Positions 59,879-64,000 of a stretch of 64,000 nt of DNA are shown one piece after another. Position 1 is the stretch's first letter. Each line of letters opens with the position of its first letter. The notes under the pieces are model-generated. The model saw nothing but the letters and a program-made list of their open reading frames with translations. It did no database searches and had not been told where the DNA came from. Position numbers and translations under genes: made by a program. This DNA is from Malacoraja senta (taxonomy: Eukaryota): positions 17,858,001 through 17,922,000 of the forward strand of contig CM075987.1 of the NCBI GenBank assembly GCA_038087875.1, read 5' to 3'.

Positions 59879-61236
59879 GTTGGATGATCAGCCATGATCA
59901 TATTGAATGGCGGTGCAGGCTCGAAGGGCCGAATGGCCTACTCCTGCACCTATTTTCTATGTATTCTATGTATCTATCATGAATATTGGGCAAAGTATTT
60001 TTTAGTCCTTCCAGGTCCTGGGTCCCCCAAGGCATATACTATGTCTGTCCCACTCTTTATAAAAGCAACGGCATCATTTTATCCCTTCATTCCTGTTCCT
60101 CTTCTTCTACCTCTATGTCTTCCGACTCCAATCCTTTTTGGAGTTCCTTCTTTCTCATTCTAAACTCAATTTCTTACCTTTCAGATATTCTAGCCTTCTT
60201 TTGCGATTCGTTCACCTTCCTTATCAACTCTTCCACTAACTCCTCCTCCCTTATTCCCCTCACACCTCCCCTGTCACTTCCTGCTTCTGTTTCCTCCTTG
60301 CTCTCCTTCCAGTTACCATTCATCCATCACTTTCCTGTCCTGTCTGTTGCTTTCCTCGCTCCCCTCTTCTTCTGAATGGGATTCCCGAAGATGCCTCTGG
60401 TTCCTCAGGTCCTGCAACCTCCTGACATCCACTTCTAATTCCCTTGTTTCTTGCTTCATCCTTTCCTTTTCTCTTTGTCCCCATCTCTGTTTATATTCCC
60501 TTATTTCCTTCTCATCATCCCAAATTGCAACTTCTCCCTCTATCTCCACTATTCCCTTTACCAAGAGACACTGTGTTACATCGTTCGGGCCTGGATAGTA
60601 AGGGGGATACCCAGGGTCTCTCAAGCTTGGATATAAGGTTGACTTTCTCCCTTGGACTTTCTGGCTCTCATGCTGCTTTTCGGTTTTCTCACCCTCTTCC
60701 TTTGTCATATTTGCCACCTGGTATTCTTTCCTCTTCCGCTTTAAACAACTTAAGTACATCTAACTCCTTTTCTCTCTTCTTTTTTCGCGTTTCCAACTTA
60801 TCTGCGGATCTATAATTCTTAATTAACACTTCCATCTCATCACACATATTTATATCGTGTGCCGTCTTTGGGAAACTTTGTCATCAGTTTTTCCGTTCTT
60901 TTTGTCCATTTCTCAGAGTGCTATATAATGTCGTCTTTAGATACTGGGAACTTTTTACTTAGCAATTCGACTGCAGTTACCATTATCTTGTTTAGTGCAC
61001 TTATTAATCTGTCCAGTCATAGTCCTTACTCTTATTCCATCCTGTTCCTATAGTTACTATACTAACCAACTCACAACATTTATTTATTTATTTATTTATT
61101 CCTATCATACTTTTACCTCTGAACGATTCGCAATTTTATATTACCTAATAAGCCCATATTCCCCCAGACTTTATCTGTTCTGTCCGTACAAACCCCTATT
61201 TCTTCTCGGGCAGTAGCCACAGATTCTTATCCTGCC

Positions 61237-61395
61237 GGTACACAAAAATGCTGGAGAAACTCAGCGGGTGGGGAGAAGAAAGGAAAAAAGGAAAAAAGGC
61301 GGAGGAGGAGCCCGAGGGCTGGGGGATGGGAGGAGACAACCAGAGGGCTGATGAAGGGGAGGGGACAGCAAGGGCTAGCAGAGTTGGGAGAATTC
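61237..61395 (-). mobile_element. Penelope-like fragment in the ERV leader
   Basis: GGTACACAAAAATGCTGGAGAAACTCAGCGGGTG shared with the other remnants. Confidence 0.6.
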
Positions 61396-61685
61396 TGCCT
61401 ATTCCTGCCTATTCAGTCCCCTCTCTCATAGAAGGCGGTATCCACAAGGTCTATTCTTATTCTTACAAAATCTACTACTCAGATTAATTATTTTCTACTT
61501 ACCCTACTGCGCATTCTCGAGCAGTGATGGAAATGGGTTTTAGGAACTAGGGGTACTCTAAGGTTCGTGAGGCTGAGGGTGGGAAGGAAGGGGGGACACA
61601 TTTTTTTAGGTGCGGTCATACCCATGTAAGAGTACAAGAATGCATAACTTGTTTATTGTGTATTTATAATATAGTTTATTGTGTA

Positions 61686-63752
61686 TTTTACTTCGGAGTC
61701 ACGTGAGTGACTACGTGAAGACCCCGCCAGCACGCATGCGCGTCATATCGTCTATGGCATTGCGCAACGACGGGCTGGTGGCGCGCTGCTCCACCAGCTC
61801 AAACCTGAAGGTAAGTTTTTAAACTTTTCCAGGTCTCTTTTCGATTGCAGGAAGCTTGCAGAGCTCCTGCTGGAGGCGTTCCCGGGTCAGAATCCCGGCG
61901 CCCCCCGGCTCCCTTCTACAGGGACCGCCGGGGGGAGGGGGAATCCCGGCTGCGAATATCGCGGGGATATCCGAAGCCCGACTACAGACATCGCGGGGAA
62001 GCCCTTCTTCAGGGACCGCGGGGAAACCCCGTCTGCAAAGCCGCGGGGGAAGCCCAACCACAAGGGAAGCACCTCTTCAGGTAAAGGGGTGATATCCCGG
62101 CTCCCGACATCGCGAGGTTCCCTTCTACAAGGACCGCGGGGGAATGCCGATCCACGGGGAGAAGCCCGGCTGCAGGGGCCGCGGAACCCGACTTCGGGGA
62201 CCATGGGAAGACCGCGGGTAACCCAGCTTCGGAGACCGTGGGAAGACCGCGGGTAGAACCGTGCTTGGGGGAAACCTCAGCTACGGGGACCGTGGGAAGA
62301 CCGCGGGTAGAACCGTGCTTGGGGGAAACCTCAGCTACGGGGACCGTGTGGAAGACACGGCTACGAACCGCAGAAGTGCGGGTAGCCGGCGGCAACTTCA
62401 GACTCCGGCTGCTCGAGGAGGGTAAGAGCTAAAACAGGAGTCTGAAAGGCCTAGACTGAAGTCAGGCCAGGAGGGTTCCCCTCCGACATGGGGACGTCCT
62501 CAGACGTTTTTACCCATCCTAATATGGCCCATGGAGGAGCCATATCAGCGCAGGTCTCCTCGAAGGTCTGCGGCAGCACCTTTTTCAGGGCTGCCTACAA
62601 AACTCCCTCTCTGTGGAGGTGAGTGCGAGGGGTCAGTTGGTAACTGACTCTGAACTCGGAAGTATGTCCGGGGAACAGGTTCCGGCTGGGAGATACCATG
62701 CACCTGAAAATTGTTCCTGAAAGTGCCGGCAGTGAACAGCGCCATCTGGGGTGAGATTGGAGGCGGTATGAAAACCCAGGAGATGAAAACCTTCTCTTCA
62801 CAGGGGAAACTGTCCAAACACCGAGATGAGGAAACAAAGCTGTCGGACTAGTCAAGGTGTCGACAACAAAACACCCCACGCATCCATTTGCAGGAAGCGG
62901 TTCATTGAAGCTGGTGGCAGCTTGAAAGCTGGGCGAAGGTCTTTCAGGCCAAGGCCCAAAACCGGTCCTCAGGAAAATATGGGGTCCACATACACCAGCA
63001 GCCCTACTCTCCAATCAAGGACGGAAATCGAACTCGCATTGGGGGCCTTTGGGCTTACCATAAAACCACCGATAACCATGAAGGAAGGTGGGTCTGGTTC
63101 TTTTCCGAAATATGGGGTTGTGGACCATTTAGAAGTAGGTAATATTTACACTTTGGTTTTGTACGGATGAGATTAGTTTATACTGCATAGTATACAAGCG
63201 AGACAGTCTCGGATATATGGCTGGAGTTGCCTCTCAAGGCAGGCTCACTATAATGGCAGATGTGGCCTGTTCATTGTCAACAAGCTCAACTCGCATGTGC
63301 AGTATAGACATTTCTGAAAAGGAAACTTCGTGACTATTTAACTTCCATGGGGTCAGTTTTCATTCACAGGGCACCAGAGATATCTGAAATTTAGCTGGAT
63401 GGGGCAATGATACAGTTAAAAACATTGCAAAATGGGCTAACTTCATGATATTTTAAACGCTGTATTTTGCTAAATTAGCTGCATCAGCCACAAAATCTTT
63501 GAGAAATTGGGGTTCTCACCCATCCAGTTGATACAGTTGATACCAACTGAAATTATTGATTATTGGGATTTATCTTTAACTCTATTAATTTGTCTGGGAC
63601 TCCGCCCTGAGGCAAGAGATGGAATTAATTGAAGCCTGTAACAACCTTGTTATTATCAAGCAGCCTTCTGTTCACCAGGTGTAATTAACAGTATATTGGC
63701 TTCAGCTGTGCTATTTGAACTTTGCACAATCAAGCACTATACAGCATGCATT
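61686..63752 (+). mobile_element. Second DIRS1-type element, 5' part, degenerate
   Basis: Terminus TTTTACTTCGGAGTCACGTGAGTGACTACGTGAAGA identical to the first DIRS; GC-rich gag-like region; decayed RT-like sequence after about 63050. Confidence 0.75.
62234..62348 (+). repeat. 54-bp tandem repeat in the DIRS gag-like region
   Basis: GACCGTG recurs at 62234, 62288 and 62342 with identical intervening sequence. Confidence 0.9.
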
Positions 63753-64000
63753 GACTTTCAGAAGGCTTTCGACAAGGTCCCACATAAGAGATTAGTATGC
63801 AAACTTAAAGCACACGGTATTGGGGGTTCAGTATTGATGTGGGTAGAGAACTGGCTGGCAGACAGGAAGCAAAGAGTAGGAGTAAACGGGTCCTTTTCAG
63901 AATGGCATGCAGTGACTAGTGGGGTACCGCAAGGCTCAGTGCTGGGACCCCAGCTATTTACAATATATATTAATGATCTGGATGAGGGAACATCTCCAAG
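63753..64000 (+). mobile_element. CR1 family B RT fragment running off the window end
   Basis: Close match to about 58781-59040 ([11 protein letters not shown]...PQGSVLGP) with a small deletion. Confidence 0.9.

Larger units (their letters stand above)
55392..59975 (+). mobile_element. Full-length chimeric CR1 (family A 5' UTR and ORF1, family B ORF2) with both ORFs open
   Basis: ATCA duplicated at 55388-55391 and 59976-59979. 56423-56913 matches 307-797; 57027 onward matches 8542 onward. Confidence 0.92.
54364..60984 (-). pseudogene. ERV gag, split by the CR1 at 55392-59975
   Basis: MVTAVELL...KWTKRT...FPKDGT start near 60984, PPYY late motif, LPNIHD|GAGEWI joined across the CR1, CX2CX4HX4C knuckle. 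Confidence 0.78.
52224..61520 (-). mobile_element. Degenerate endogenous retrovirus, class I (epsilon/gamma-like): leader, gag, pro, extra domain, RT; integrase, env and LTRs not seen
   Basis: RT VPNPHILL, VVDLCSAIFSVPL, LFAFTY, MPQGFKHSP, QYVDDLL and FLGMAGY; protease IDTGA; Gag LYPSL, PPYY and CWGCDQVGHLRNNC; in-frame TAG between gag and pro. Right boundary approximate. Confidence 0.85.

Noticed and set aside
61000..61685. ERV 5' LTR and primer-binding site
   Set aside because: I could not identify a TG...CA repeat pair or a tRNA-complementary TGG motif.

Overview
Eukaryotic (vertebrate) DNA that is almost entirely transposable elements. The repeat set suggests a cartilaginous fish such as a skate or ray, but this is inference only. 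The one host gene is a minus-strand very-large-inducible-GTPase (GVIN1/URGCP family) gene at 1-7897. It carries one frameshift and a CR1 insertion, and its C-terminal part runs off the left edge. The rest is a deeply nested stack: two CR1 families (including a full-length in-frame A/B chimera), two full-length L1s in opposite orientation with 16-19 bp TSDs, a Gypsy LTR element, two DIRS1-type tyrosine-recombinase elements, Rex1/Babar-like and RTEX-like LINE fragments, a THAP-bearing fold-back element, palindromic Penelope-like remnants and non-autonomous Helitrons. One Helitron is a clean insertion and the others form a head-to-tail array that holds the long purine tracts. There is also a degraded class I (epsilon/gamma-like) endogenous retrovirus. 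The strongest leads are a frameshifted 2H-phosphoesterase-like domain between protease and RT in the ERV, the Helitron concatemer with an exact CTAG|TC junction, and the apparently coding-intact chimeric CR1. All calls were made by eye without database searches, so family names are motif-based and boundaries are approximate unless TSDs are given.
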